Assembly: GCA_964016885.1 (NCBI GenBank)
Contig: OZ024745.1
Span: 112,344,001 to 112,408,000, forward strand
Origin: Eledone cirrhosa
Taxonomy: Eukaryota
DNA length: 64,000 bases
Reading direction: 5' to 3'
Below are positions 42,250 through 56,086 of this stretch, piece by piece. The position numbers and the translations under genes are program-made. A model generated the notes under the pieces. The model made no database searches, had not been told where the DNA came from, and was given only the letters and a program-made list of their open reading frames with translations. Every line of letters begins with the position of its first letter. Within the stretch, counting starts at the first letter, position 1.

Positions 42250-43741
42250 GCCGGTGGATTGGCAGTATCGGTAGAGGGGCGGACGTCTTGCTTTGACGCA
42301 TAGAGTTACGGCCCTTTCCCTTCTGAGTTCAAATCCCGCCGAGGTCAACTTTGCCTTTCATCCTTACGGGGTCGATAAAATAAAGTACCAGTAATGTACT
42401 GGGTAATTGCTGGCTTTGTACCAAAAGTAGAAACAATTATTTTAATATGGTTTATGTATGTACACATATTTCTCCATGTTCTCTTATTTCATTTGAAATA
42501 ATAAATAATTGTTTCTACATTTGGCACAAGGCCAGCAAATACCCAGTGTATTACTGGTACTTTATTTTATCGACCCCGAAAGGATGAAAGGCAAAGTTAA
42601 CCTCGGCGGGATTTGAAATAATAAATAATGATTGATTGGTTGAAATTTAACACACGGCCGCGGACGACTTTTGAAGAAAGATGCTGTCAATCTAATCTAC
42701 TCTAATTCACGATCAGAATTTACTATTTCTAACCTTCTGAGAGATGAAAGGGCAATGTTAACCTCGGCCGATTTAGAACTTAAAACACAACTAAAATAAT
42801 GTCATTTAAAACGCAAGTAAATAGTGAAAGTCACTGTCTCCGTCGGTTTACCATCTCTGACATCTATAATACTTCTCCCACAGAATATTTTTTTTATAAA
42901 AGCCACGCCACCTGTGGGTATTTAAAAGGCGGAACGAAAGGATAAAAAGGAAATCCATTTAAAATCTTTATATCAACTCAGATGATTCTATAATGAAACT
43001 CCATTTGTTTAAAACGTCCCTATCTAAATTTAATCCTTACATTATAGATTATTTCGGTAGAGAGTCGAACGCCATACTTTCCAGCGTAGTTACGTCCCTT
43101 TATGGTCTAAGTTCAAATGCCGCCGAGGTTAACTTTGCCTTTCATCCTTACGGGGTCGATAAAATAAAATACCAATAATGTACTGGGTATTTGCTGGCCT
43201 TGTACCAAAAGTAGAAACAATTATAGATGTATTTAAGAAACTTTTCTCAAGTTATGTTCCAAATACCAACTTAATAATAAAATAGTTAGTCATTTTACTA
43301 TGTTTTTGACCAGGGGCGTGCAACAGGCCATTCTGTCCACAGGGAGCACGGGGAGGTCAGCGCGTGGGCTTCCATTTTCATATAAAAGTGAGAGATGGGG
43401 AGAGCGAGAGAGAGGGAGGCAGTGAGTGAAAGAGAGAGACCATTAACACACACAATGAACAATGATGTGAGTCCGTTGTCCTTACCATCATCATCATTGC
43501 TTTAATCCCCATCACCATAATTAATAATTGTTTCTACTTTTGGCACAAGGCCAGCAGTTTGGGGAGAGGAGAAAATCGATTAAATCTTCCCCCGTACATT
43601 ACTGGTGCTTTATTTTATTGACCCCGTAAGAATGAAAGGTAAAATTAACCTCGGCGGGATTTGAACTCAAAACATAAAGGGACGTAACTCTATGCTGCAA
43701 AGCATGGTGTCCGACTCTCTACCAATACTGCCAATCCACCA
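42250..43741. mobile_element. SINE1 cluster (42250-42434 plus, 42510-42617 minus, 43034-43218 plus, 43529-43741 minus)
   Basis: All match the consensus. Confidence 0.85.
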
Positions 43742-43755
43742 CCCTATTACCATCA

Positions 43756-44649
43756 TCTATATATATACAACTAAGGATGTCTGTCTGTGTGTGTGTGAGT
43801 TTGAATCCCTAAAACTTGAAAAGCACCCAACCGACTGTTTTAAACTTTACACATGTAATACTTATGTTTCAGGGAGTGTTCTGAGCAAAAAAGATTTCAA
43901 ATTTTCAATGCCCTAAGGACCGCATTAGGCGATTTAGCGATCTCTCTATAATTCTTAGTCTTTCTCTTTTTAGATAGATACATACATATAACATCGCGCC
44001 CTTATAATATCTGTCTGTATGTCTGGCTGTCTGCATTACCTCACTTCCCTGAGGATGTGTGTGTCTGTGAGTTTGAATCCCTAAAACTCGAGAAGTAGCC
44101 AACCGATTTTTTTCAAACTTTACATGTGTATTACTTATGTTTCAGGGAGTGTTATGCACAAATTCAACTTTTTGATCTCCTAGCGCCCGCATTAGGTGAA
44201 AAACTGCGTTTTTAAAGCATTTTAGGGATTTTTTGAGGCGTTACGTCAGACCGATTTCCTTGAAATAGTAACTATGTATTAGTCAGTCTATTCTTCATAC
44301 CGTGAGAGAAGAAAATCCAACTTTTTTATGGCCTAGCATTAGGTGAAAAACTTCATTTTTTCAGCTTTTTAGGGCTTTTTGGAGGCGTTACGTCTAGCCG
44401 ATTTTCCCGAAATTTCAAGGCATATTATGCACATAAAAAAAAATTATTTTACTTGATCTCCTAGGGCCCGCATTAGGTGAAAACCTGCATTTTTCCTGCT
44501 TCAAAATCCTAAAGATTATCCAGCCATCAGAGTATTCGGTTTATTTTCTTTACATATTGTCCAGGCATGCAGTTTTTCCACGATTAGGTCTGTTGGTGGC
44601 CCGCGTTCCAAAATACCTTATCTCGTGCAACGCCGGGTACCACTGCTAG
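43756..44649 (+). mobile_element. Non-autonomous Helitron with internal subrepeats
   Basis: A^TC start, 3' GCAACGCCGGGTACCACTGCTAG^T, tandem internal GCATTAGGTGAAAA units. Confidence 0.75.
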
Positions 44650-46377
44650 TTAATAATAAACTGAAGTGGAACTTAACTGGTGCATGAATTTCATTACATC
44701 ATCTCAGATCAAGTCATATTACTTGCCAGATACAAATCTAAAACATTCATAACGGTGTTTGAGAAGATAGAGTTTTTCTTTTTTTTTTACATTATATATT
44801 GTGTGAACATCAACTGAACTTTTTTACTGTTGTGTTTAGGTGTAATATGGTTTTTATGATATATTATCATATAGTTATTTTAAGCACGCAAACAAGCAGG
44901 CAAATGTGGAGATGCTACAGAAGGCCATCAAACATGTATAGACACAAATGATATCAGCATGTTGTAAGAACACAATTATTTTTATGATGTTCGACATAGT
45001 ACATCTTGTTTATTTTACTTCCTTGTTGGTCGGAGTAAATTATGTTTTATTAGAGTGACGAGGACAGTAAAGTAAATGAATCTCCGCTTGTTTTGACGAT
45101 GATAATTTAATTGTTCAAGAAAACTATATGTTCATATATCCGTGTATTAGTGGATGAGTATGCTACCCTTAAACATAATCCTCAGGTAGGTGTGACAACA
45201 CTGAATCTTGGAATTACAGATACAATCTTTCTGACAGGCTTTAATTTCCATCTACCCAAATTCACTCACAAGGATCAGGTTGATCAGAGGCACTTGGCCA
45301 AGATACTACGCAATGGAATCAAACCCCGCATTTCTTCATTGCAAAGCGATTTTTTTTTTTACCATTCGCATGCTGCGTTTACTAACTATGGCAGTATATT
45401 GACAATCAGAGTTATTATAGCTGTTCTTGATCAGTTCTACTCTGATCAAGTAGACCTGTAATTCCAGCTGTAACCATCTTGCCTTTTATTTACAAACCTA
45501 GTTGAAGCCCATCGTTAAAAGAGTACCAAGATTGGTGATACAATATATTTTAAAAGATCTACTGTAAAATCTTCTATGTAAAAGATCTATTGTAAAATCT
45601 TTGAGTACATGGATGTTACGAAAATATTCAACAACAAAACCTTCTAGCTGCTTTACAGCTTCCCTTACTTCACATTTTTCTTTATCTTTTTTTAATACTC
45701 ATTCTGCATCCTGTTGGCCTTCCCTATTTAATTTTTTTAATTTTATTATTTTTAAATTTAAATTTTAACTTTTATATCCACTTATTTCTATATATCTTTG
45801 TTTTTTGTTTCTCAACTGTAAGACGTACTAGATACTTTCCCCCCAGTCTGTCATAGCTTACTAGCTCTATACAGACATTTAAATTGAGTAAATAAATAAA
45901 TTAAAAAGTATATCTTGACTTAGGCGGCGAATTGACCGAGTCGTCAAAACGCCGTTTTTCGTTTTGGACCTCTGCACTCCGAGTTCAGATACTGTCAAGA
46001 TCAATTATGTCTCCTCTCCCATCTAGGCTGATAAATAAAGTACTAAGGCCGATATAATAGACGGTTCTTCTTCCCTCTAATTTCAATGTGACTATGGTAG
46101 ACACTAGAGCAGTGAAACAGCAGGATTATTAGAGTGTCGGGCAAAATGCCTCGCAGTATTTATTGTGGTCCTCATTTTAAGATTTAATCTTACCATCAAG
46201 ACCATCTTTGCCTTTCATCCCTCCAGGGTTGATAAAATAAAGTATCAGTCATGTACGTGAGCTGATGTAATCGACCCCAGTACATGACTGATATATTGCT
46301 GGCCTTGTGCCTAAATTATAAATTATTATTATTCAGCCCCGTGGGCCGATAAATGAAAGTACTGTTGAAATACGGAG

Positions 46378-46640
46378 TAGACGTGTGTTGGACTTATGAG
46401 CATATTGTCCTGGGTACGATTCCTGGACTGAGCTGTGTGTTGTGTTCTTGAACAAAACACTTCATTTCTCATTGCCTCAGTATACTCAACTGAAAAGGAA
46501 TACCAGCAATAACTTGGAGTTTAACTCTGCAATGAACTGGCGTCCTGTCCAAAGGGGAGTCTTGTACTCCCAGTCGTTTAACGCCGCGGAAACTGGGATA
46601 TAGACCGGCCTGAGAGCCTTCGGCCTCGAGGCAGACTTTA
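46378..46640 (+). mobile_element. Old tRNA-SINE with a V-domain-like body
   Basis: GTGTTCTTGAACAAAACACTT; CTGCAATGAACTGGCGTCCTGTCCA; GAAACTGGGATA..GAGCC..AGACTTTA. Confidence 0.55.
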
Positions 46641-47024
46641 TATTTTAAGTACTATAAACTCTATATCATCTCAGAATATTGGTCGTATTGTACTTGTGTT
46701 AGAAATAAATAGTGTGAGAGTGGTAGGAAACAGTGCCCAGTAGATCACCCAAATGTGTAAAAGCTTGGATACTAATCACATTGATTAGTATTTAAACTTG
46801 ACTTTGAAGTTCAAATTATTCTGGGAGGCTGGCTTTAATATTTTTCTTTCTCCTCGTGGTTTATAAAAGTATCCAGTAGTTTACTGAAGGTGAGTTCAAT
46901 AACCTTATTACATCGATGAGAAAAAAATGCTTTTTATTCCATAGGTTCATAGAGTAACCAGTATTAGCAACACATACACGTGTATATTCAAAGAGAGAGA
47001 GAGAGAAGGGGGCGAGAGGGGGGA

Positions 47025-47089
<65 letters not shown>

Positions 47090-47769
47090 GGAGATGACGG
47101 TGAAAAAGAGAGAGAGGGGAAGGAAGAGATAGAGAAGTAGGAGACGCTGATTTTCTGTAGAAGTGCAAGTTAGGTATATTGATAAATCACTCAGATGAAT
47201 TTGAAAAGGAAACGGCAGCAGGTGATAAAATGTTTGATAGATATAACATAAACTGAGACAGCTTGCATAAGTAGATAGTGTTTATTAATTTACTGCTTTC
47301 AGCACGCACGCACCTCAGTAACAAAAACAACAACAGCAACCGCAGTAACTAAAATGTTAAGCAGGTATGATGAGAGAGCTTCTACTCAGACACTAATTCG
47401 ACCTGCTAGAAATAGTAGTCAAGTCTCCCTCATCACACTCCGCAGTCTTAAAATAAGGTGAAGTAGGGGGAGGCAGGGAAATACATTGGACAATGTTGTC
47501 CAAAATAGCTACCTCTAAAATGGCGAGATGGTTCAGGGCTGAGCGCCTTTGATCATAGGTTTGTTCGATTAGAGTCGACCTGGGACTAAACAGCAACAAC
47601 AATAACAACTAAACCAACAAAAAACAAACAAACAAACATTCAAATCAATATTTGTACAAAATCAATATGTCATTAGGATTGATATATATGAAAAAAAAAA
47701 AAAAGTGTTTGAACACAAATTCTAAATATGTGTAATTAGAAATATATTTCATACAGAATAATATATATA

Positions 47770-47868
47770 CAGGGTGTACCAAAAAATATATACACAGTTT
47801 GATTACATGTACAGGCAATATTTATTAGAATGCTGTTGAAGTGTGTATAGATTATTTGGGACACCCTG
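47770..47868. mobile_element. Tc1/mariner-type MITE
   Basis: TIRs CAGGGTGTACCAAA / TTTGGGACACCCTG in a TA context. Confidence 0.7.
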
Positions 47869-47887
47869 ATATATATATATATATATA

Positions 47888-48085
47888 GGAAAATGTTCAG
47901 GACCCCGACGGCAGAACTCAAGCCGTTTCGACGGCTATTTGTGGACCAGAGCTCAAGCCGACGAAACGGCTTGAGCTCTGCCGTCGGGGTCCTGAACATT
48001 TTCCTATTACACACTCTACTACCCTAAGTATTGAGTACTCTGGTGCGTTATGGTCCACCTGGTTCCTTACCACACCTCCTTCGTT
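47888..48085 (+). mobile_element. Fold-back mini-insert, PLE family A
   Basis: Palindromic 5' part plus tail; (TA)n flanks. Confidence 0.75.
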
Positions 48086-48090
48086 ATATA

Positions 48091-48126
<36 letters not shown>

Positions 48127-48167
48127 GTGTACTCTATTGTTTTGCTGTGTTGTTTCCGTTTACGTTT

Positions 48168-48200
<33 letters not shown>

Positions 48201-48332
48201 GTGTATGAGTGCGTATGTCTGTATGTGAGAGAGTGTGTAGTTAATTTGCATTATACCACACCTTGTATTTTTTTTATCTCTTTTTCTTCTACTCCCTCTC
48301 TTTCTTTCTCAATCTCTCTCTCTCTCTTTCTT

Positions 48333-48428
<96 letters not shown>

Positions 48429-48500
48429 ATACTGTATATATATATGTATATATATATATAGAGAGAGAGAGAATAAGGAAATACAAAGTCCTTTACTGAT

Positions 48501-48584
48501 GAGGCCGTGATACATATTTCGATGACGACAGTGGCCACGTGATTCCGTGTAGTAACTAGTGCCATGATCTGATCAGACAGCCTC
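48501..48584 (-). ncRNA. Hammerhead with a G8C core mutation; inverted degenerate copy at about 48746-48826
   Basis: Minus strand: gaggctgt CTGATCA gat-c-atggca...tgtcgt-c-atc GAAA tatgta TC acggcctc (8 bp stem I). Confidence 0.7.
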
Positions 48585-48931
48585 TTACATAATAAGGTTT
48601 CAATCAGGAGGTAATCCATAATTGAAGTGACAAGGGAACGGACAAAGGTGATGGTCATGAAGCGAATGCTCGCTCCCCTGTGAGCTTCAATTCAGCCAAT
48701 AAGTTCGCGCATGTGTAAATGTGGTATATGTAGCTGACTACTATCCATGGCACTGGGTACTACACGGAATCATGTGGCCATTGTCGTCATCAAAATATGT
48801 ATCAGAGCCTTATTAATAAAGAACTTTAACATCTAAACTACTTTGTATTTCCTTACTCTAAAAATACTCCGTCATTCCTATGTAGAAAAATGTACGTTGA
48901 GTTCTCGAATTGAATTACATCAATATTTACC

Positions 48932-48966
<35 letters not shown>

Positions 48967-48968
<2 letters not shown>

Positions 48969-49155
48969 AACCAGTAAGACCCCGACGGCTGAGCTCAAGC
49001 CGTTTCGACGGCTAATTCGCCGGAGAATTAGCCGTCGAAACGACATGAGCTCAGTCGTCGGGGTCTTACTGGTTCCTATTACCCACTCTACCACCCCAAG
49101 TATTGAGTACTTTGGTGCGTTATGGTCCACCTGGTTCCTTACCACATTTCCTTCG

Positions 49156-49157
<2 letters not shown>
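48967..49157 (+). mobile_element. Fold-back mini-insert, PLE family A
   Basis: About 50 bp palindrome centred near 49020, plus tail. Confidence 0.75.
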
Positions 49158-49213
<56 letters not shown>

Positions 49214-49288
49214 GTACGTTATTCCGGGTTGAATCGGAGGTAACCACAGGTAATACATTGCAGAGTATAAAAGTTTTTAATATAGATG

Positions 49289-49339
49289 AGATTCTACAGG
49301 ACTAGAACTGTTTCATTCTTTAGAAATCATCAGGAATCT
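49289..49339 (-). ncRNA. Type I hammerhead ribozyme, PLE family B
   Basis: Minus strand: agattc CTGATGA t-ttc-taaa-gaa-t GAAA cag-ttctagtc-ctg TA gaatct. Confidence 0.8.
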
Positions 49340-49499
49340 GGGTATAAAAAAATAAATATGGTATTTATAGATCTCTTCAGGTGGTAGGAGAGGGTAGGGA
49401 GTGGGATGGGTAGAGGTCATTGGTTGATAAAAAAGGGAATTCATTAAAATATATATATATATATATATATATACGGTATATATATATATATATAACTTG

Positions 49500-50504
49500 T
49501 CGGCCAATAAAGAGATCTTCAATAGTAACGCTGATTACTATAACTCAGCGCTAGCTAAGGCGTCCCACAACGATAGGATAAGCTATAACCCTAAGGGACA
49601 TGATCGAGATGACCCAAGGGTACCCCGGACCCTTGGGTCATCTCGATGGTAATACCCTCAGCTGTGCACAACCACACGATGGCCCACGGCGGACACCCAA
49701 CAACCCCGTAAGAATAGGACCAGGAAGGTAACATGATATAACCCTCCGTACTCGGTGGGTCTACGCACCAGCCTGGCTAGAACATTCTTTAGAGTACTGG
49801 ATAAATGTTTCCATAGGGCCCACAAGTACCATAAAATATTCAACAGGCACACGGTGAAACTTTCCTGCTCAACCACACGCTCCGTAGCCCAGCACATAAC
49901 TGGCATAAATAGGAATAGGCTCAATGCCTCTAATACCACCGTAAACCCCGTAGCCACCCAACAGAACCAGCACGCGGGACGCAACGGAACCCGGACAGGC
50001 CCAACTAGCACACCGGAACCCAACGACCCTGTGCTGATTGCGGAGGCTACCCAGCCAACCCCGAGTGATGGTAACCACGCGGTACATGTGGTGGGCTTAA
50101 GAAGTCATGTAATTGCAGAGACCCATCACTATGCCCCCTCAGTAATGAATGCATGACGAAAAACGTGGTCTACAGGTGCACCACTACATAGGATTCACAG
50201 CGACGAGCTTCAAAGATCGGTGGTATAACCATCACCATTCCTTAACAGAATAGATAAGAGGAAATGTACGGCCCTTTCTGAATTGATCTGGAAGCTCAAA
50301 CTTGAAAAGACCCCGCACTCTCTGGTCTGGTCCGTGGTTAGAAAGGTTCCCCCAGACAGAGGCGGGTCTGGTATTTGCAACCTCTGTCTTAGTGAGACAC
50401 TCGAGATTCTTCATGGCGGAACCAAGCTATTAAACAGAAGGGCCAACTTATTCGGTGCCTGCAGACACCGAAGGACGAGAACTTTCCTCAGGCTATATGG
50501 ATAA
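49500..50504 (+). pseudogene. Penelope-like element, linker plus GIY-YIG endonuclease fragment
   Basis: RKVT*YNPPYS..FFRVLDKCF..HKIFNRHTVKLSCS; CNCRDPSLCPL..NVVYRC; IGFTATSFKDRWYNH; CNLCLSE..LLNRR..CRH. Confidence 0.88.
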
Positions 50505-51618
50505 ACCCCGGTTACGGCCTCCCACAACGCCCCCCCCCCATCCTGTAGGTCCCCTACACCCCATACCAATGACCAATGGACTACAACAACCACCCATAGT
50601 TTGTGGTCCCTATGGTGGATGGTCCACCGGATCCTCTACTGGTTAGGAGTCATCTAAACCACGTTTTATTGAACATGATTTTATATATATATGTATATAT
50701 ATATATCATGTGTATATATATATGTATTTTATATGTGTATATATGTGTATTTTATGTATATGTATGTATATATATGTATATATTTTATATATATATGTAT
50801 GTGTATGTGTATTTTATATTTATATATGTATGTATGTTTAATGTGTGTATATATTTTATGTATGTGTGTATTTTATGTATATATATATTTTTTATATTTT
50901 TATATGTATATATTTTATATATATGTATGTTCTGTGTATATATATATATATATATTATATATATATATATGTATACTTGTGCGTACATCCATGCATATAT
51001 ATATATGTACACACCTGTATGGATTTGTGTGTGTAGATGTGTGAGTGTCTGAGGGGGTAGGTGTGAGTGTATGTACAAGTCAACCAGCATAAACCTTTTA
51101 TTTCTAAATTTTCTAAACTATCTAAGTATTGGACTCTAACCATTATTTTATGTATTACAACCCCACATTGTGTATGTGTGGGTGTGTGTGTGTGTCTGTG
51201 GAGGTGGGTGTGAGTGTAGTGCAAGCCAACCTACATAAGTCTTTTTATTTGTAAATTTTCTACTCTAACCATAATTTTCAGTAGCACCACTCCACATAAA
51301 TTCCTCAATTTAAGAATGACCTGTAGTATCTATTTCATACTATTAACCTTAATTGAATATATATCTGACCAGGAATGCCTTTTGTGAAAATCAGTCATAT
51401 GGAACTATCGTCATCTTGCCTGGCGGTTTGAACTTTAAAACACCACCTGCTTCTTTGAGGTCAAAAACCAACCCTACTACCATCTACAAACTGACCAATG
51501 AGAATCAAGACTATTCCTGCTGACACCATTAAATTATTCCTAACAAGCTCATATGTCCCAAGGCTCTAAAACCATCAACACTATAAATACAGAGCTGGCA
51601 TATCTAAGAACTGACTAA

Positions 51619-51672
51619 CTGCCTGATGAGATCATAGCCATTCAATGGCTATCATCGAAATATATATAGCAG
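51619..51672 (+). ncRNA. Type I hammerhead ribozyme, same family as 39289
   Basis: ctgc CTGATGA gatc-atagccatt-c-aatggctat-catc GAAA tatata TA gcag; AATAAA follows. Confidence 0.85.
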
Positions 51673-51720
51673 AGTAAATAAAGGATTATGAGTTCATGCA
51701 ATTGACTTATATTTGGTCAC

Positions 51721-51779
51721 TATATATTTATATATATATATGTATATATATACATATATATATACATACATATATATAC

Positions 51780-51844
<65 letters not shown>

Positions 51845-51863
51845 CATACATATATATATATAC

Positions 51864-51938
<75 letters not shown>

Positions 51939-51957
51939 CATACATATATATATATAT

Positions 51958-52012
<55 letters not shown>

Positions 52013-52117
52013 CATACATATATATATATATATATATACATACATATATATATATATATATACATACATATATATATATATATACATACATATATATATA
52101 TACATACATATATATAT

Positions 52118-52216
<99 letters not shown>

Positions 52217-52221
52217 TATAT
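51721..52221. repeat. (TA)n/TACA microsatellite
   Basis: Direct reading. Confidence 0.95.
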
Positions 52222-52603
52222 AAGCAAAGAGATATTTGATTTGTTGGTTATTCAACAAATTTATTTATAACAGATTCAAAGCACTCTACAAGCTTTCTGG
52301 ATTATAATATCAATGACATTATTAAATGGAAACTATATTTATTTTATTAATTATTATATTTATAAAACCATATTTATTTTATTAATTATTATATTTATTT
52401 CATTAAATATTTTATAAATTATCCCAATAATTATTTATATTTACCTAGCGTCTCAATATAACGATCTTTTTTCAGCCTTACGTTGCAACCTTATTTGCAT
52501 ATTCATCCTAAAGATTTGAAATTTTTCTTTTACTATCCAAACTGAATCTGAACTGATAAGGTCTGGTTTCTTGGGTATGTCACCATTTATAAAACAAATT
52601 TTG

Positions 52604-52664
52604 TATTTTATCTGATGAGAACGCACCAAAATTTTGGTACCCTTGAAATATATATAATAAAATA
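52604..52664 (+). ncRNA. Type I hammerhead; its downstream flank is inverted at about 52305-52405
   Basis: tattttat CTGATGA gaacgc-accaaa-at-tttggt-accctt GAAA tatata TA ataaaata. Confidence 0.7.
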
Positions 52665-52705
52665 AATATGGTTTTATAAATATAGTTTCCATTTATTAAT
52701 ATCAT

Positions 52706-52801
<96 letters not shown>

Positions 52802-53010
52802 ATTCCAAATGAGAGTTTGGAAGAAACGATTGTCATCTATTAAATGATTTGAACACAACTTTGATAATTGTATAATTTGTTTATTTTCCTGCTCTGTAAA
52901 ACAACTGATGTTCATACATTGAGCTATTTCTCTTACTGGTAATAAGGTAATAGGAAATTACTGACCTTCCTGTTTATAACTATAAATAGTATTATTATTA
53001 TATATATAAA

Positions 53011-53194
53011 GGGCGGTGGATTGGCAGTATCGGTAGAGGGTCGGACGCCATGCTTTCCAGCATAGTTACGTCCCTTTACGATCTGAGTTCAAATCCCGCC
53101 GAGGTTGACTTTGCCTTTCATCCTTACGGGGTCGATAAAATAAAGTACCAGTAATGCACTGGATAATTGCTGGCCTTGTGCCAAAAGTAGAAAC
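53011..53194 (+). mobile_element. SINE family 1, short form
   Basis: Full-length copy. Confidence 0.9.
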
Positions 53195-53250
53195 AATTAT
53201 ATATATATATATATATATATACATATATGTGTATATACACATATATATAT

Positions 53251-53371
53251 ATTTATTAAAATAACAGATTAAAGTTTAAGCAAAGAATCGCTGCTTTCAC
53301 CCTTCAGAAGATCGTTAAGGGTGAAAGCAGCGATTCTTTGCTTAAACTTTAATCTGTTATTTTAATAAATA
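53251..53371. repeat. About 54 bp perfect palindrome centred on the CAGAAGA hammerhead-like core
   Basis: 53251-53304 is inverted at about 53317-53371. Confidence 0.85.
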
Positions 53372-53459
53372 TTTGCTCTACGGTTCTTATATATTTGATA
53401 TATATTTATCCTTATCGAGCCCCCTTTGGAATTTAGTCTTCAAATTTATTATTATTACT

Positions 53460-53537
<78 letters not shown>

Positions 53538-53543
53538 CACACA

Positions 53544-53609
<66 letters not shown>

Positions 53610-54002
53610 TAAATAATATATACACATAACCAGATGTGATTTGTCATAGTCATTGTGGTGCATATGACGTATTTTTCTGTGTCAAAGAGAAGTGATGTGT
53701 CTTTTTTTTTTATGTAACAGAACTATTCCAAGATTTTATATGTAATACGAATTTTAATTCGAGCAAAACAGAGTAAGGGATAGATGTTGAATTAAGAATC
53801 CATATCTATAATGTTATGAATAAATAAATAGAGAAATAAATATATAGATAATATATAATCAAAGAGCTGCCACACTCAAGAATTTGTACAAATCTTATTA
53901 CATATATGAGAGACATTATTATTTTCTTCTATATTCGAAGTCTGTAAATATAAATCCAAGAATTAATATCCCTTAACTCTATTCACTTTCTCCCATATGC
54001 TT

Positions 54003-54545
54003 TGTACGTGTGTGTGTATGTGTGTGCGTGTGTGTGGGTGTGTGGCTGTGTGTGTATCAGTGAATTTTTGTGTGTGTACTTGTGTGTGTGCGCGTGTGTA
54101 CATGCGCGTGTGCGTCTATGTGCGTGTGTATGCATGTGTATCAGTGAATTCTTGTGTGTGTGTGGGTGTTTGTGTGTGTTTGTGTATGTGTGTGTGTGCG
54201 TGGGTTTACGTGCTTGAGCGCGTGTGTATAAGCGTGTATGTGTGTGTATGTATGAGTGTGTATCAGTGAATTATTGTGTTTGTGTGTGTGTGTGCGTGTG
54301 TGCGTGGGTCCACGTGCCTGGGTGCGTGTGTATGTGTGTGTGTATATGTGTGTATGTATGAGTGTGTATCAGTAAATTATTGTTTTATATGTGTTTGTAT
54401 GTGTATGTGTGTGTATGTGTGTGTGTGTGTGTGCGCGTGTGTCGACGAGCCTGGGCGCATGTGTATAAGCGTGTATGTGTGTGTGTGTGTATATGTGTGT
54501 ATGTATACGTGTGTGTCTGTGTATTCTTATCCTAAGAGTGTGTGC
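54003..54545. repeat. Degenerate GT-rich minisatellite
   Basis: GTATCAGTGAATT recurs throughout. Confidence 0.85.
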
Positions 54546-55363
54546 ACGTAAACGTAAATACATATTGAACATACTGACACGCACCTCAAAGAACGGATTG
54601 ACACATACTTCATTTATATGTTTATTGATTGATAGCAGATCGATATATTGAAGAGCACTAAATGCACCGATATCATAAGAAGCACGAACATGTAGAACCT
54701 AGGGGAATTCGGACTACCACGACAGTTCACAGGAAGTAGAATACGTTTGTTACCTGGGTAACCTAATCAGAGCTTAAAGTGCAGCCAATTACATTGGTCG
54801 TCTCTTGTTCTGTGTAGAATGTAAACTGCTTAAAAGTTTAACTATCATTACATTGATGGAGGGATTGTGTCTCAGTTCAAAAGTAGGTTCTAGAACGCGT
54901 GTATTATAAATGCTATACCATTTCGCTGTAAAGCACAAGCATTGAAAGTAACGGATCCTCAGTTCCTGAGGCTGAATAAGCTGAATACGATCTAATGGAT
55001 AAGCAACATGAAACTAAGAAATAGTGTATGTTAGTGTGTATGTTAGTTGCAAAAACAGATAAGAAAGAAAAGAATCGGCTGTTATATATAAGAGAGATAG
55101 ACTCGCAATAGCTTACACAATCACACACACAGTCACACACACAGACACACACACACTCACTCTCTCACTCTCTCACTCACTCACTCACACACACATATAT
55201 ACATATTAACTAATAACATTCATCATACTTTGTTCTTCGTTCATGTTTGTTTGCACTGCTTTGATTGTTGTTGACCTTGCACACTATATATATATTTGTA
55301 TATAATATATAATATATATATATATATATATAATATATAATATATATATATATATATATACAA

Positions 55364-55410
<47 letters not shown>

Positions 55411-55436
55411 AAATTTCGCTCTACATGGCTGAATAC

Positions 55437-56033
55437 AATAAATGTAATCTGAGTTTTTCGAATATTAATAATAACATTCGATTCGTTTGCAATTTTGCAA
55501 ACAAGCCTCAATCAACCAGATCCACTGATCAGTGGATCTGCTAATATGCAGATTTGACTTATCAGCCAGTCTGCTAATATGCAAATCAGGCCGATCAGTC
55601 ACTGTGTATTTTTGAAAATAGCATATATTTTCACTAGCTCTGACAGTTTAGCAGGTGAAGAGTGAGCTGTAGTGATAAAGGGTGATACCCAGAAAGATTA
55701 ATGTCTGCAGTTCTGTTCGCATGCAAACACAAGAGCAAGAATGAAGTGTTCATTCTACTGACATGGCTATAAAATTGAGAGTTGTTTGCAAAATTGCAAA
55801 CGAATCGAATGTTATTATGGTGAATTGGCAGTATCGGTAGAGGGTTGGACGCCATGCTTTGCAGCATAGTGTTACGGCCCTTACCATTCTGAGTTCAAAT
55901 CCCGCCGAGGTTAACTTTGCCTTTCATCCTTACAGGCTCGGTAAAATAAAGTACTAGTAATGTACTGGGTAATTGCTGGCCTTGTGCCAATAGTAGAAAC
56001 AATTATTAATATTCGAAAAACTCAGATTACATT

Positions 56034-56037
<4 letters not shown>
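55437..56037. mobile_element. Inverted-repeat element; the right arm is split by a SINE1 (55819-56000)
   Basis: 55437-55504 is the reverse complement of 55782-55818 joined to 56006-56037. Confidence 0.75.
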
Positions 56038-56086
<49 letters not shown>

